Of a stretch of 64,000 nt of DNA, positions 18,601 to 26,675 are shown piece by piece. The DNA lies in the NCBI GenBank assembly GCA_031272885.1, contig JAISSX010000001.1, positions 5,483 to 69,482 of the forward strand, given 5' to 3'. This DNA is from Bifidobacteriaceae bacterium (GTDB lineage: Bacteria; Actinomycetota; Actinomycetes; Actinomycetales; WQXJ01). The position numbers and the translations under genes were made by a program. The notes beneath the pieces are model-generated. The model was not told the origin of the DNA. It saw only the letters and a list, made by a program, of their open reading frames with translations, and ran no database searches. The number at the start of each line of letters is the position of its first letter. The first letter of the stretch is position 1.

Positions 18601-19131
18601 TAGGTCTTGGCAGGTTTCGATCAGAAGCCGGTCCGCGCCACCTTGGAGCAGGCCCTCCGCCATGGTGCGGTAGCCCTGGCGCAGGGCGTCGAAGCTGGTG
18701 TGGCCAAGGGACGGCAGCTTAGAACCCGGGCCCATGGAGCCGAAAACCAGTGCGCCCGGTCCGGCCGCGGCGCGGGCCAGCCGCGCCCCGGCCTCGCACA
18801 GCCGAAAGGCCTGGTCGGCCAGGCCGTGGTCCGCCAGCGTCAGCGGGTGCGCGCCGAAGGTGTTGGTCTCAATGGCGCCGCAGCCGGCGTCGAGGTAGCG
18901 GCGGTGGATGTCCTGGATCAGGTCCGGCCGTGACAGGTTGAGCCATTCGTGGCAGCCGGTGTGGTCTTCATAGTCGGCCGGTGTCAGTTTGGTGCGCAGA
19001 ATCTCGGTGCCCATTGCGCCATCTGCGATCAGAACCCCAGCCACGGGGAGCCATTGTATGGGCTGGGCGGCGGCGGCCAAGTATCGTGGTGTTGTGCCTG
19101 CAAACGAACCCGTCACCCTGCCGGGCCCCAT
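15670..19131 (-). CDS. metH: cobalamin-dependent methionine synthase
   Basis: About 1150 aa with a homocysteine-binding N-terminus (ADGAMGT), a pterin-binding region, the B12-binding motif GDVHDIGKNLV and a C-terminal AdoMet-activation domain. Start uncertain: ATG at 19131, or TTG at 19080, which would avoid overlap with the divergent PAC2 gene. Confidence 0.9.
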   Translation of the reverse strand: MGPGRVTGSFAGTTPRYLAAAAQPIQWLPVAGVLIADGAMGTEILRTKLTPADYEDHTGCHEWLNLSRPDLIQDIHRRYLDAGCGAIETNTFGAHPLTLADHGLADQAFRLCEAGARLARAAAGPGALVFGSMGPGSKLPSLGHTSFDALRQGYRTMAEGLLQGGADRLLIETCQDLLQAKAAVLGARDADAAAHITVHVTIESTGTMLLGTETAAAAVALLALGIDGIGLNCATGPAEMSEHLRVLAALSDVPVSVMPNAGLPTIGPDGEATYDLTPTDLADWLERFVDLYGVTMVGGCCGTTPAHLAAVVARLAGRAVPDAVRGPGAIGQVSSLYQAVQLRQETSYLAVGERANANGSRVFREALLAGDLDACVQVARDQAAAGAHVLDLSVDYVGRDGVADMARVAAALATASTLPVMIDSTSPAVVQAALEHLGGRCLVNSVNFEDGDKPGSRFDQVARLARQHGAAVVGLTIDENGQARTAEKKVSVAKRLIRRLVDDYDFALSDIVIDPLTFPIGTGQAEARGDAMETLRAVGMLREQYPDVHLMLGVSNVSFGLAPAARVVLNSEFLDEATRRGLDVAIVRPGGIAPLDRFDTEALNAALNLVLNRRWEGYDPLFALIEACSGPDGGPSAGAAVPSLAGLPLLERIEQRVIQGARAGLEGDLDAALADGVSDMELVDRHLLTAMAEVGERFGAGRMQLPFVLQSAEVMKAAVAHLEPQLKTGAGEPKGTIVLATVAGDVHDIGKNLVDIVLTNNGYRVVNLGIKQPIGQILAAAEQHGADAIGLSGLLVKSTQVMRQNLAEMEVQGVAARWPVLLGGAALTRSFVTDTLAPEFSGRVYYAKDAFEALTILSGGATAGGVTQRPGRSASATLPAPAATPADGAPSAGVETLAEAPVPTPPFWGARQAGAIELDEYLPYLDKRTLFEARWGLKAGTGERTVAQLAETEGEPHLRALLEQVRADGLAQSRVAWGYFPARRQGDAVVVFAPDGSGAEVARFSFPRQPGGRRRCLADYVRADRDDVLALQLVTMGPRFGAAAQDLFQAGRYRDYLELHGLSVELTEALAEAWHRRIRAELGLPEGQGRRYSLGYPACPDLAGRRDIMRLLDGAALGLELTETLLLEPEQSTDALVFHHPEATYFSVRTTEG

Positions 19132-19936
19132 CGTCCTGGCTGCCTTCGCCGGCTGGAATGACGCCGGCGGCGCCGCTACCTCGGCCATTGCCCTGGCGGC
19201 GGAGCAGTTGAATGCCCAGACTTTCGCCTTGATCGACCCGGAGGGCTACTGCGATTTCCAGGTTAACCGGCCGCAGCTCCGGTTCGACCCACAGGGCCAG
19301 CGGCACCTGGTGTGGCCCAGCACCGACTTCCTTCGGGCTACTACCCCGGCCGGGCAGGACCTGGTGTTGGTGCTGGGGGTGGAACCCAGCTTCCATTGGC
19401 AGGACTACTGCGAGGAAGTGGCGGAGGTGTTGGCCGGCGAGGGGGCCGCCAGCCTGGTCACGATTGGGGCCCTGTTGGCGGACGTGCCGCATAGCCGGGC
19501 GATTCCGGTGCAGGCCACCTCCGACGTGCCCGCGTTGCGGGAGCGGTTCGGCCTGGAGAAGTCCGCCTACCAGGGGCCGGTGGGCATCAACACGGTGCTG
19601 GAGAGGTTCCTGGCCGACCAGTTGGACATACAGGGCGTGTCGCTGTGGGCGGCGGTGCCGCACTATGTGGCCAACCCGCCATCGCCCAAGGCCCAGGCGG
19701 CCTTGTTGACCAAGATCGAAGAGCTGATCGGCTACCACTTCGACCTGAAGGAACTGAACGAAGAAGCCCGGGCCTGGCAGGAGGGCGTTGACGCCCTAGC
19801 GGCCGAAGACGAGGACATTGCCGAATACGTGGCCGGCCTGGAGGCAACCAAGGATGTGCTGGATTCGCCGGCCGCCTCGGGCGAGGCCCTGGCCAAGGAG
19901 TTCGAACGGTACCTCCAGCGCCGCACCGACCAATAG
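19058..19936 (+). CDS. PAC2 (proteasome assembly chaperone 2-like) family protein
   Basis: AAFAGWNDAGGAATSAI signature near the N-terminus and length of about 290 aa. Start is ATG 19058 or GTG 19094. Confidence 0.75.
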   Translation: MGWAAAAKYRGVVPANEPVTLPGPIVLAAFAGWNDAGGAATSAIALAAEQLNAQTFALIDPEGYCDFQVNRPQLRFDPQGQRHLVWPSTDFLRATTPAGQDLVLVLGVEPSFHWQDYCEEVAEVLAGEGAASLVTIGALLADVPHSRAIPVQATSDVPALRERFGLEKSAYQGPVGINTVLERFLADQLDIQGVSLWAAVPHYVANPPSPKAQAALLTKIEELIGYHFDLKELNEEARAWQEGVDALAAEDEDIAEYVAGLEATKDVLDSPAASGEALAKEFERYLQRRTDQ

Positions 19937-19960
19937 CTCCCTGGCGACAGGTCCTCTGCG

Positions 19961-20087
19961 CGAAAGGTCAATTCTGTCAGGCCAAACCGTTTCGCTGAGG
20001 GTATAGCCGCAGGTCAGGGGCTTGAGTTGTCCGCGCGAGAATGACGGAATTGACCTTTCGCGCAAGAAAAGTGACCTCTCGCGAGAA
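19961..20087 (+). repeat. MITE-like element, family 1 copy C
   Basis: 17-bp TIR GCGCGAAAGGTCAATTC (19958-19974 / 20047-20063). Interior GTTTCGCTGAGGGTATAGCCGCAGGTCAGGGG. Outer module GAAAAGTGACCTCTCGCGAG (about 20068-20087), then a G-rich tract running up to the mshC stop. Confidence 0.8.
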
Positions 20088-20114
20088 GAGCGGTGGGCGG
20101 GGGCGGGGTCGGGG

Positions 20115-21380
20115 TTAGTAGAGCTTGACTCCCAAGAGGGCATCAATGGCGCGGCGCAGGTCCGCGCCGGCGTAGGTGGTGCGGTCCGGCCGGCCACCCT
20201 GGTCCTGCCCCACCCACTCGTCGACGGCGGCGATAGCGGTGGGCGTGTCCAGGTCATTAGCCAGGGCGGCCCGGATCTTGGCGATGGCCCCGGCCGATGA
20301 CGGGTGTGGCTTGACTGAGCCGATCACTTCCCGCCACTTGACCAGCCGCGCCTCCGCCTTGACCAGTTCTTGGCCGGTCCACTCCCAGTCCTCCCGGTAG
20401 TGGTGGCCGATCAAGGCCAGGCGAATGGCCGAGGGGTTGACGCCGCGTTCCAGCATCTGGTTGACGAACACCAGGTTCCCCAGTGACTTGGACATCTTCT
20501 GCCCGCCGAACGACAGCATGCCGGTGTGCATGGTCAGCCGGGCGGGGCGCTCGACGCCGCTCAAGGCCCGCAGGTGCGAGGTAGACATCTCATGGTGGGG
20601 AAAGGCCAGGTCGGAGCCGCCACCCTGCACATCCACCGGCAGGTCGAGCTGGTCCGCTGTGATGACGGCGCACTCGATGTGCCAGCCCGGCCGGCCCCGC
20701 CCCAAGGTGCGCCCGTCCCAGGACGGTTCGCCCGGGCGTTCCGCCCGCCACAGGAGCGGGTCCAGGCGGCCGCGCTTACCGGGCCGGTCTGGATCACCGC
20801 CGCGCTCCGCGAACAACCGATCGGCCGCAAACGGGTCCAACCTGGTCTGGGACGCGAAGGCCGGATCGGCCGACAGGTCGGCGTAAACATCGCCCAAAGT
20901 GCCGGGCGGTGCGTCCTCCACCGGCACCCGGTAGGCGTAGCCGGAGTCCAGCAGGCGCTCCACCCCGGCCACGATGTGCGGAATGGTTTCGATGACCCCG
21001 CGGTAGAAGTCCGGTGGTATCACCCGCAGGGCGGCCATGTCGGTGCGGTAGAGCTGGGTTTGGCTAGTGGCCAGGGCGCGCCAGTCCTGCCCGGTGATGG
21101 TGGCGCGTTCCAGCAGAGGATCATCGACGTCGGTCAGGCCTTGGGCGTACCGCACGGTGATGCCAGCGTCTCGCCAGGCCCGGACCAGCAGGTCGAAGGC
21201 CAGATAGGTGGCGGCGTGGCCCAGGTGCGTGGCGTCATAGGGCGTGATGCCGCAGACGTAGAGGCTGGCCACCTCACCGGTGGCGGAAGGCTCCAGCCGG
21301 CCGCTGGCGCTGTTGAAGATGCGCGGAATGTCACCCTGACCAGGGATCACACTCACCGTTGGGCCGGTCCAAGCACGCAC
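20115..21380 (-). CDS. mshC: cysteine:1D-myo-inosityl 2-amino-2-deoxy-alpha-D-glucopyranoside ligase (mycothiol ligase)
   Basis: 421 aa. LYVCGITPYDATHLGHAATYLAFDL and TDVDDPLLERA closely match recalled MshC sequences. Has KMSKSLGN and is shorter than a true CysRS. Confidence 0.88.
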   Translation of the reverse strand: MRAWTGPTVSVIPGQGDIPRIFNSASGRLEPSATGEVASLYVCGITPYDATHLGHAATYLAFDLLVRAWRDAGITVRYAQGLTDVDDPLLERATITGQDWRALATSQTQLYRTDMAALRVIPPDFYRGVIETIPHIVAGVERLLDSGYAYRVPVEDAPPGTLGDVYADLSADPAFASQTRLDPFAADRLFAERGGDPDRPGKRGRLDPLLWRAERPGEPSWDGRTLGRGRPGWHIECAVITADQLDLPVDVQGGGSDLAFPHHEMSTSHLRALSGVERPARLTMHTGMLSFGGQKMSKSLGNLVFVNQMLERGVNPSAIRLALIGHHYREDWEWTGQELVKAEARLVKWREVIGSVKPHPSSAGAIAKIRAALANDLDTPTAIAAVDEWVGQDQGGRPDRTTYAGADLRRAIDALLGVKLY

Positions 21381-21477
21381 GCGCCTAGCTTACCTTGCGC
21401 GCCGCGGCCGCCGCGGTGGGGCCGGTCACCACGCGGTCTGTCAGCGCGGCAACCGGCCGGGCCTGGCCGGGCCGGAT

Positions 21478-22458
21478 ATGGTCGGTGGCGTGGAGTACCG
21501 CAGTGTGGGCCGCAGCGGCCTGACGGTGTCAGACCTGGCTCTCGGCACGATGACGTGGGGCCGGGACACGGACGAGATGGAGGCGGCCGACCAACTGGCC
21601 GGCTTCCTTGACGCGGGCGGCACGCTGGTGGACACGGCCGGTTCGTACGGTGATGGCGCGGCCGAAGAAGTGCTCGGCTCGCTGATCGCCACTGGCGCCT
21701 TCGCCCACCGTGATGACCTGGTCATTTGCACCAAGAGCGGCATCGGGCAACGCGACGGCCGGACCCGGCCGGATGCCTCCCGCGGCAACCTGCTGGCCGG
21801 CCTGGACCAGTCCCTGGCCCGGCTGGGCGCCGACCACGTCGACCTATGGCTGGTCCAAACCCCGGACGTGTCCACTCCCGTGGAGGAGACCGCCTCGGCG
21901 CTGCGCCAGGCGGTGGCATCCGGCCGCACCCGTTATGTCGGCCTGTCCAACCACCCGGCCTGGGCGACGGCCCGCTTTGCCCACCTGCTGCAGCCGGAAC
22001 CCGGCCTGGTGGCGGCCGAAATGGAATACTCGCTGCTGCAACGCGGCATCGAACGCGAACTGCTGCCCGCCGCCCACGCCTTGGGACTGGGCGTGTTGGC
22101 TTGGTCCCCCCTCGGCCGCGGCGTGCTGACCGGCAAGTACCGCCACGCCGTGCCGGCCGATTCGCGGGCGGCCTCACCCCACCTGAGCGGCTTTGTACAG
22201 CCCTATTTGAACTCGGCCGCGGCCGCCGTCGTCGAGGCGGTGGTGACGGCCGCGGACGGCCTGGGCAAGGCGCCGCTCGATGTCGCGTTGGCCTGGGTGC
22301 GCCACCGGCCCGGGGTGGCCAGCGCTATCGTGGGCGCCCGCACGGCCGCGCAACTACGCACGGCCCTGGCTGGGGCGGACTTGGTGTTGCCGGCCTCGCT
22401 GGCCGCTGCCCTTGACGAGGTCAGCGCCCCAACGCTGGGTTATCCCGAACGGTTGTAG
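21478..22458 (+). CDS. aldo/keto reductase
   Basis: EYRSVGRSGLTVSDLALGTMTWG N-terminus, DTAGSYGDG, and length of about 325 aa. Alternative GTG start at 21490. Confidence 0.85.
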   Translation: MVGGVEYRSVGRSGLTVSDLALGTMTWGRDTDEMEAADQLAGFLDAGGTLVDTAGSYGDGAAEEVLGSLIATGAFAHRDDLVICTKSGIGQRDGRTRPDASRGNLLAGLDQSLARLGADHVDLWLVQTPDVSTPVEETASALRQAVASGRTRYVGLSNHPAWATARFAHLLQPEPGLVAAEMEYSLLQRGIERELLPAAHALGLGVLAWSPLGRGVLTGKYRHAVPADSRAASPHLSGFVQPYLNSAAAAVVEAVVTAADGLGKAPLDVALAWVRHRPGVASAIVGARTAAQLRTALAGADLVLPASLAAALDEVSAPTLGYPERL

Positions 22459-22468
22459 AGGACAGGCG

Positions 22469-22753
22469 CTACTGTTCTTCCTCGAACAACTCCTCGTCGA
22501 AGTCTTCGTCCTCGTCCTCGTCGTCGTCTTCGTCATCCAGATCCTCCGCATCCTCGTCGTAGACCAGGAAGGGAGTGTCGATGCCGTACGCCTCGTAGAG
22601 AGCCTCGTCATAGGTTTCGAAGGCGTCGATCAACGTCCGGTAGGCAGACACATAGGCTGGGTCTTCTTCGCCCCGGCCGCTGGCAGCGGCGGCAAAATGC
22701 TGTTCCAAGGCGGCGGCGAGGCGGTCAAGGGCGGCGCGGGGTTCGGCGATCAT
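22469..22753 (-). CDS. small acidic conserved hypothetical protein
   Basis: 94 aa with a strongly acidic C-terminus (DEDAEDLDDEDDDEDEDEDFDEE). Divergent partner of the DUF5703 gene, as commonly seen in Actinobacteria. Confidence 0.6.
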   Translation of the reverse strand: MIAEPRAALDRLAAALEQHFAAAASGRGEEDPAYVSAYRTLIDAFETYDEALYEAYGIDTPFLVYDEDAEDLDDEDDDEDEDEDFDEELFEEEQ

Positions 22754-22822
22754 CCTTTGACGTTACCGCAGACGGCGGGCCATGTCACAGTGACCAAATA
22801 CCTTGCCGCTACTATCTGAACC

Positions 22823-23038
22823 GTGCACACCGAAGACCCGTGGCTGGCCAAGGGCGGCTCATATGAGTACCGCCTCATCTCTATGCCCCCCTACTTCAGC
22901 CACGGCGAGGCCCGGCGCATCGTGGCCGACCAGGCCGAATACGGCCGCTGGGAACTGGCCCGCTCCGCCATCTACTGGGGCGGCCAAAAGCGCGTCTGGC
23001 TGCGCCGCAAGGTCCTAAGGGTCGAGTCAACGTTGTAA
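22823..23038 (+). CDS. DUF5703 family protein
   Basis: 71 aa. YEYRLISMP...AEYGRWELARSAIYWGGQKRVWLRRKVLRV matches the recalled DUF5703 pattern. Confidence 0.7.
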   Translation: MHTEDPWLAKGGSYEYRLISMPPYFSHGEARRIVADQAEYGRWELARSAIYWGGQKRVWLRRKVLRVESTL

Positions 23039-23040
23039 GC

Positions 23041-23089
23041 CCAGTCGATAAGCGTCGTTGTAAGCCCGAGGGCTCACAACGTCGACTGG
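23041..23089. terminator. long imperfect hairpin between convergent genes
   Basis: CCAGTCGA (23041-23048) pairs with TCGACTGG (23082-23089). Inner stem CGTTGTAAGCC/GGCTCACAACG has one mismatch. No T-tract, so terminator function is inferred only from position. Confidence 0.4.
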
Positions 23090-23164
23090 AGGCCATGCTT
23101 GTTTGGCTCGTCTCCTACGTCTCTGCGCTCCTCGTCGACAAGCGTCGTAGCCCAAGACCGGGGA

Positions 23165-24481
23165 TTAGCTGCTTTCTAGGAAGTCCTTCAGGACCGCCAC
23201 GCCGGCGGCCAGGGAGGCCACCGGCACGCGCTCGTCGACGCCGTGGAACATGGCCGTGAAGTCGAAGTCCGGCGGCAGGCTGAGCGGCACAAAGCCGTAG
23301 CCGCGAATGCCCAGCTTCGACAGCGCTTTGGCGTCCGTCCCGGCCGCCAGCAGATAAGGCAGCACCACGGCGCCAGGATCGGCCCGGCGCAGCGCCGCCG
23401 CCATCTGCCCCGCCAGCGGCACGTCGAACGGGTTCTCCACCGGCACGTCGTCGCTGATCGTCTCGACCCGCACGTGCGGCCCGGCCAGCCGCCGCACCGT
23501 CTCCCAGGCCTCATCGCGTCCGCCCGGCACCGGCCGCATGTCGACCGTCGCCGTGGCCGCGCCCGGCACCACGTTGACCTTGTAGCCGGCCGTCAATCCT
23601 GTCAGGTTGACGCTGGTTCCAGTCGAGGCGGCCACGAAGCGCTTGGCCGGCCCGAGGGCGTCGATGACGGCCCGCACCGAAGCCGGATCCTCTGGGTCTA
23701 GAGGCAAACCCGTCAGGGCCGCCACGCCATCGAGCAACGCCCGCATGGCGGGCGTCAGGTGCAGCGGCCAGGCGTGGCGGGCGATGGCGTCCGCCGCCGC
23801 CACCAGGTGGGCCACCGCGTTGTCCGGGTTGACGGCCGAACCATGCCCGGCCGTGCCCTTGGCCACCAGGCGCAGCCAGGCGATGCCCTTTTCGGCCGTC
23901 TGGATCAGGTAGACCCGCCGGCCGTTTACCCAGGTGGAGTAGCCGCCCACCTCGCCCACGGCCTCGGTGGCGCCCTCGAACAGTTCCGGGTGGTGGTCCA
24001 CCAGCCAGTGGGAACCGAGCCAGCCCCCGTGCTCTTCATCGGCGAAGAAGCAGAGGATGATGTCGCGGGGCGGCTTGGTGCCGCTGCGGGCCCAATCGCG
24101 CACCACGGCCAGCATCATGGCGTCCATGTCTTTCATGTCGACGGCCCCGCGGCCCCACAACAGCCCGTCATCGGACACTTCGGCCCCGAACGGATCGACC
24201 GACCAGTCGCCTGCCGCTGCCGGCACCACGTCGAGGTGGCCGTGCAGCACCAAGGCCGGCCGGGCGGCATCGGCCCCTTCGATCCGTACCACCAGGGAGC
24301 CGCGGCGCGGCTGTGACTCGGCATAGAACGGCTGCAGGCCAACCTCTTGGAGCAGGCCGATGACGTATTCGGCCGCAGTCCGCTCCCCCACCGAGGTGTC
24401 GTCGCCGGTGTTCGTGGTGTCGAGGCGGATCAGGTCGCGGCAGATCTGCAGGGTTTCGGTGGCCAGAAGGGACGTGAGCAT
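23165..24481 (-). CDS. M20/M25/M40 family metallopeptidase
   Basis: 438 aa with LVLHGHLDVVP, GRGAVDMK and FADEEHGG metal-binding motifs. Confidence 0.85.
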   Translation of the reverse strand: MLTSLLATETLQICRDLIRLDTTNTGDDTSVGERTAAEYVIGLLQEVGLQPFYAESQPRRGSLVVRIEGADAARPALVLHGHLDVVPAAAGDWSVDPFGAEVSDDGLLWGRGAVDMKDMDAMMLAVVRDWARSGTKPPRDIILCFFADEEHGGWLGSHWLVDHHPELFEGATEAVGEVGGYSTWVNGRRVYLIQTAEKGIAWLRLVAKGTAGHGSAVNPDNAVAHLVAAADAIARHAWPLHLTPAMRALLDGVAALTGLPLDPEDPASVRAVIDALGPAKRFVAASTGTSVNLTGLTAGYKVNVVPGAATATVDMRPVPGGRDEAWETVRRLAGPHVRVETISDDVPVENPFDVPLAGQMAAALRRADPGAVVLPYLLAAGTDAKALSKLGIRGYGFVPLSLPPDFDFTAMFHGVDERVPVASLAAGVAVLKDFLESS

Positions 24482-24556
24482 GTCTCAACGCTACCGGCTG
24501 GGATTGGGATACCCTTTTCTCCGGTTGGTTGTGATGTACCCAGAATCGGAGCCCAG

Positions 24557-25798
24557 TTGTCCCCACGTGCCGCCGTCACGCGCATAGCGCTAGCCCTAGC
24601 CGGGGTGGTTCCCGGCATTCTGGTGGCCCTGGGCCCCTGGGAAGTCCCGCCCTATGTTGGCATTGGCGTGTTCGGCCTGGCTATCTGGTGCGCGGCCACG
24701 TTGCTCGGCTGGGCGGCGGAGACCTCCGAGAAGGACATCACCGGTTCCCTCGCCATGGCCCTGTTGGCCATTGTCGCAATCCTGCCCGAATACGCCGTCG
24801 ACGTGCTGCTGGCCTACAAGGCCGGCTCCAACCCGGCCTACGAACCCTTGGCCTCCGCCAACATGAACGGCGCCACCCGGCTGCTGATCGGCCTGGCCCT
24901 GCCGCTGGTGGTGCTGGTGGGCGTGGCGACGCGACGCCGGCGAGCCAAACGGGCCGGCGAAGAGGTCCGGCGCTTCGCCCTGTTCGACGTCTTACCGATC
25001 ACCCCGGCCCACCGCGGCACCATGTGGTTCCTGCTGGTGGGAGCCCTGATCGCGCTGACCGTGCCCCTGACCGGGCAGATCCACGTGGGCCTGGGCGGCG
25101 TGCTCTTGATCGTCTTTGCGGTCTTCCTGTGGCACACCGGCCGTGGTGAGGTCGAAGAACCCGATCTGGTGGGCGTGTCCGCCTATCTGGGGGCGATGCG
25201 CCGCGGCCCGCGGTTGTTCTGGGTGGTGGCCATGTTCCTGATCGCGGCCGGCACCATCGCCACCGGGGCCGATCCGTTCGTCGAATCGCTGGTGGAGACC
25301 GGCACCCGGCTGCACATCAACGAGGCCCTGCTGATCCAATGGCTGGCCCCCCTGGCGTCTGAGGCACCCGAGTTCATCATCGCGCTCACCCTGGCCGGCC
25401 GGGGCAAGGCGGCGGCCGCCGTCCTGATGCTGCTGACCTCGATGGTGAACCAGTGGACCTGCCTGGTCGGCTCGCTGCCGTTCGCCTTCAAGCTCGGCCA
25501 CGGCGCCGGCCTGGCCCTGCCGCTGGACGGCCGCCAGGTGGAGGAGTTCTTCCTCACCGCCTCGGTCACGGCGGTAGCCTTGGCGCTGCTCTTGCGGCTG
25601 CGCATCCCGGCCCTGGGGGCCTGGTTCATGCTCGCGGTCTTTGTGGCCGAATTCGCGCTGCCCACCGAGCATGCTCGCCTGATCTTGGCGCTGGTCAACG
25701 CGGCCGCCGCGGCCGGGTTGACCCTGTTCGGCATTCGCCACCTGTGGCCGCTGCTGAAGGCGCCGTTTGTCCAGGCTAAGCCGGCTGAAGCAGACTGA
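24557..25798 (+). CDS. CaCA-type cation antiporter-like membrane protein
   Basis: Polytopic membrane protein with two repeat-like segments, LAIVAILPEYAVDV and LASEAPEFIIALT. The start is uncertain: TTG at 24557 is chosen to avoid overlap with the M20 gene, whereas the ORF track uses 24347. Confidence 0.6.
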   Translation: MSPRAAVTRIALALAGVVPGILVALGPWEVPPYVGIGVFGLAIWCAATLLGWAAETSEKDITGSLAMALLAIVAILPEYAVDVLLAYKAGSNPAYEPLASANMNGATRLLIGLALPLVVLVGVATRRRRAKRAGEEVRRFALFDVLPITPAHRGTMWFLLVGALIALTVPLTGQIHVGLGGVLLIVFAVFLWHTGRGEVEEPDLVGVSAYLGAMRRGPRLFWVVAMFLIAAGTIATGADPFVESLVETGTRLHINEALLIQWLAPLASEAPEFIIALTLAGRGKAAAAVLMLLTSMVNQWTCLVGSLPFAFKLGHGAGLALPLDGRQVEEFFLTASVTAVALALLLRLRIPALGAWFMLAVFVAEFALPTEHARLILALVNAAAAAGLTLFGIRHLWPLLKAPFVQAKPAEAD

Positions 25799-26675
25799 GC
25801 AGGCGGCCCGGGGCCAGGATTTGGGCGCCCTTGGCTTTGACCCGTTGCTTCAGGTACTTATCGGCCGTCACCACCACTGTGCCCGATGCCGCCCGGCGGG
25901 CAATCTCGTCATCGCCGTCCCCCAGGGCCTCCACCACGGTGACGTGCTGACCGGGCGGTAGGCCGCGCGCCTGGCCCTCCACCACCAGGGTGACGTCCGG
26001 CCACCAGCCGGACAGGTCCGGCCCGTCCGGGTCGATCAGGGCCTGGGGCAGGCCGATGGTGGCCAGGTCCTCGAGTTGGTCGCGCAGCCGGGCGGCGGCC
26101 TGGCGGCGGTCTTTCCACCAGCCGTCCGGCCGGGAACCGACCACATTGGCATTGTCCACAATCAGCTCCAGCCGGGCGCCCAGCAGGGGTGCCAGGGCCG
26201 GCCAGGCGGCGGCGAAACCAGGGTGCAGCGTCCGGCCATCATCGGGGTTGGCCACCCATTCAAGCTGGGCCGATTCCCAGTTGGGCTCCCCCAACACCAA
26301 GTCGGGTGGCGCTTCGGCCACCACCGTGGTGTAGGTCCAGGGCCCGTGCGACACCACCCGCCACCAGCGCGGCGTCACCAGGGCCGGGTCCAGCCCAGCC
26401 TCCTCGTGTGCCTCGCGCAAGGCCGTCGCCAACGGCTGCTCGCCCGTCTTGCGGGCACCGCCAGGCAGGCCCCAAGTGCCGCCGTGATGCGACCGCTCGC
26501 CCCTGAGCTGCAGTAACACCTCAAGGTGGGGGGCGGCATCGGGCAACCCGGCGGCATCGGGCACAGGGCGGGTGAGCAGCAAACCGGCCGCCCCGCGCAA
26601 GCCCCAGTGCCGCCCGCCGCAGGTGCAGTCAACCCAGGCGTCCGCCGGGTCGCGCGGCTCAGCCGGGGAGGTCAA
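25776..26675 (-). CDS. NUDIX hydrolase fused to a YacP/NYN-like domain
   Basis: Complete NUDIX box GGARKTGEQPLATALREAHEEAGL. The C-terminal about 150 aa (LIVDNANVVGSRPDGWW...VTLVVEG...VVVTADKYLKQRV) resembles recalled NYN/YacP nucleases. Start uncertain: TTG 26675 or ATG 26738. Confidence 0.7.
   Translation of the reverse strand: MTSPAEPRDPADAWVDCTCGGRHWGLRGAAGLLLTRPVPDAAGLPDAAPHLEVLLQLRGERSHHGGTWGLPGGARKTGEQPLATALREAHEEAGLDPALVTPRWWRVVSHGPWTYTTVVAEAPPDLVLGEPNWESAQLEWVANPDDGRTLHPGFAAAWPALAPLLGARLELIVDNANVVGSRPDGWWKDRRQAAARLRDQLEDLATIGLPQALIDPDGPDLSGWWPDVTLVVEGQARGLPPGQHVTVVEALGDGDDEIARRAASGTVVVTADKYLKQRVKAKGAQILAPGRLLSLLQPA

Noticed and set aside
19058-19131. Apparent 74-nt overlap between the divergent metH and PAC2 gene 5' ends, considered as an unusual head-to-head overlap.
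   Set aside because: It is most likely an artefact of start-codon choice. Alternative starts (TTG 19080 for metH, GTG 19094 for PAC2) remove the overlap and still precede the conserved N-terminal motifs.
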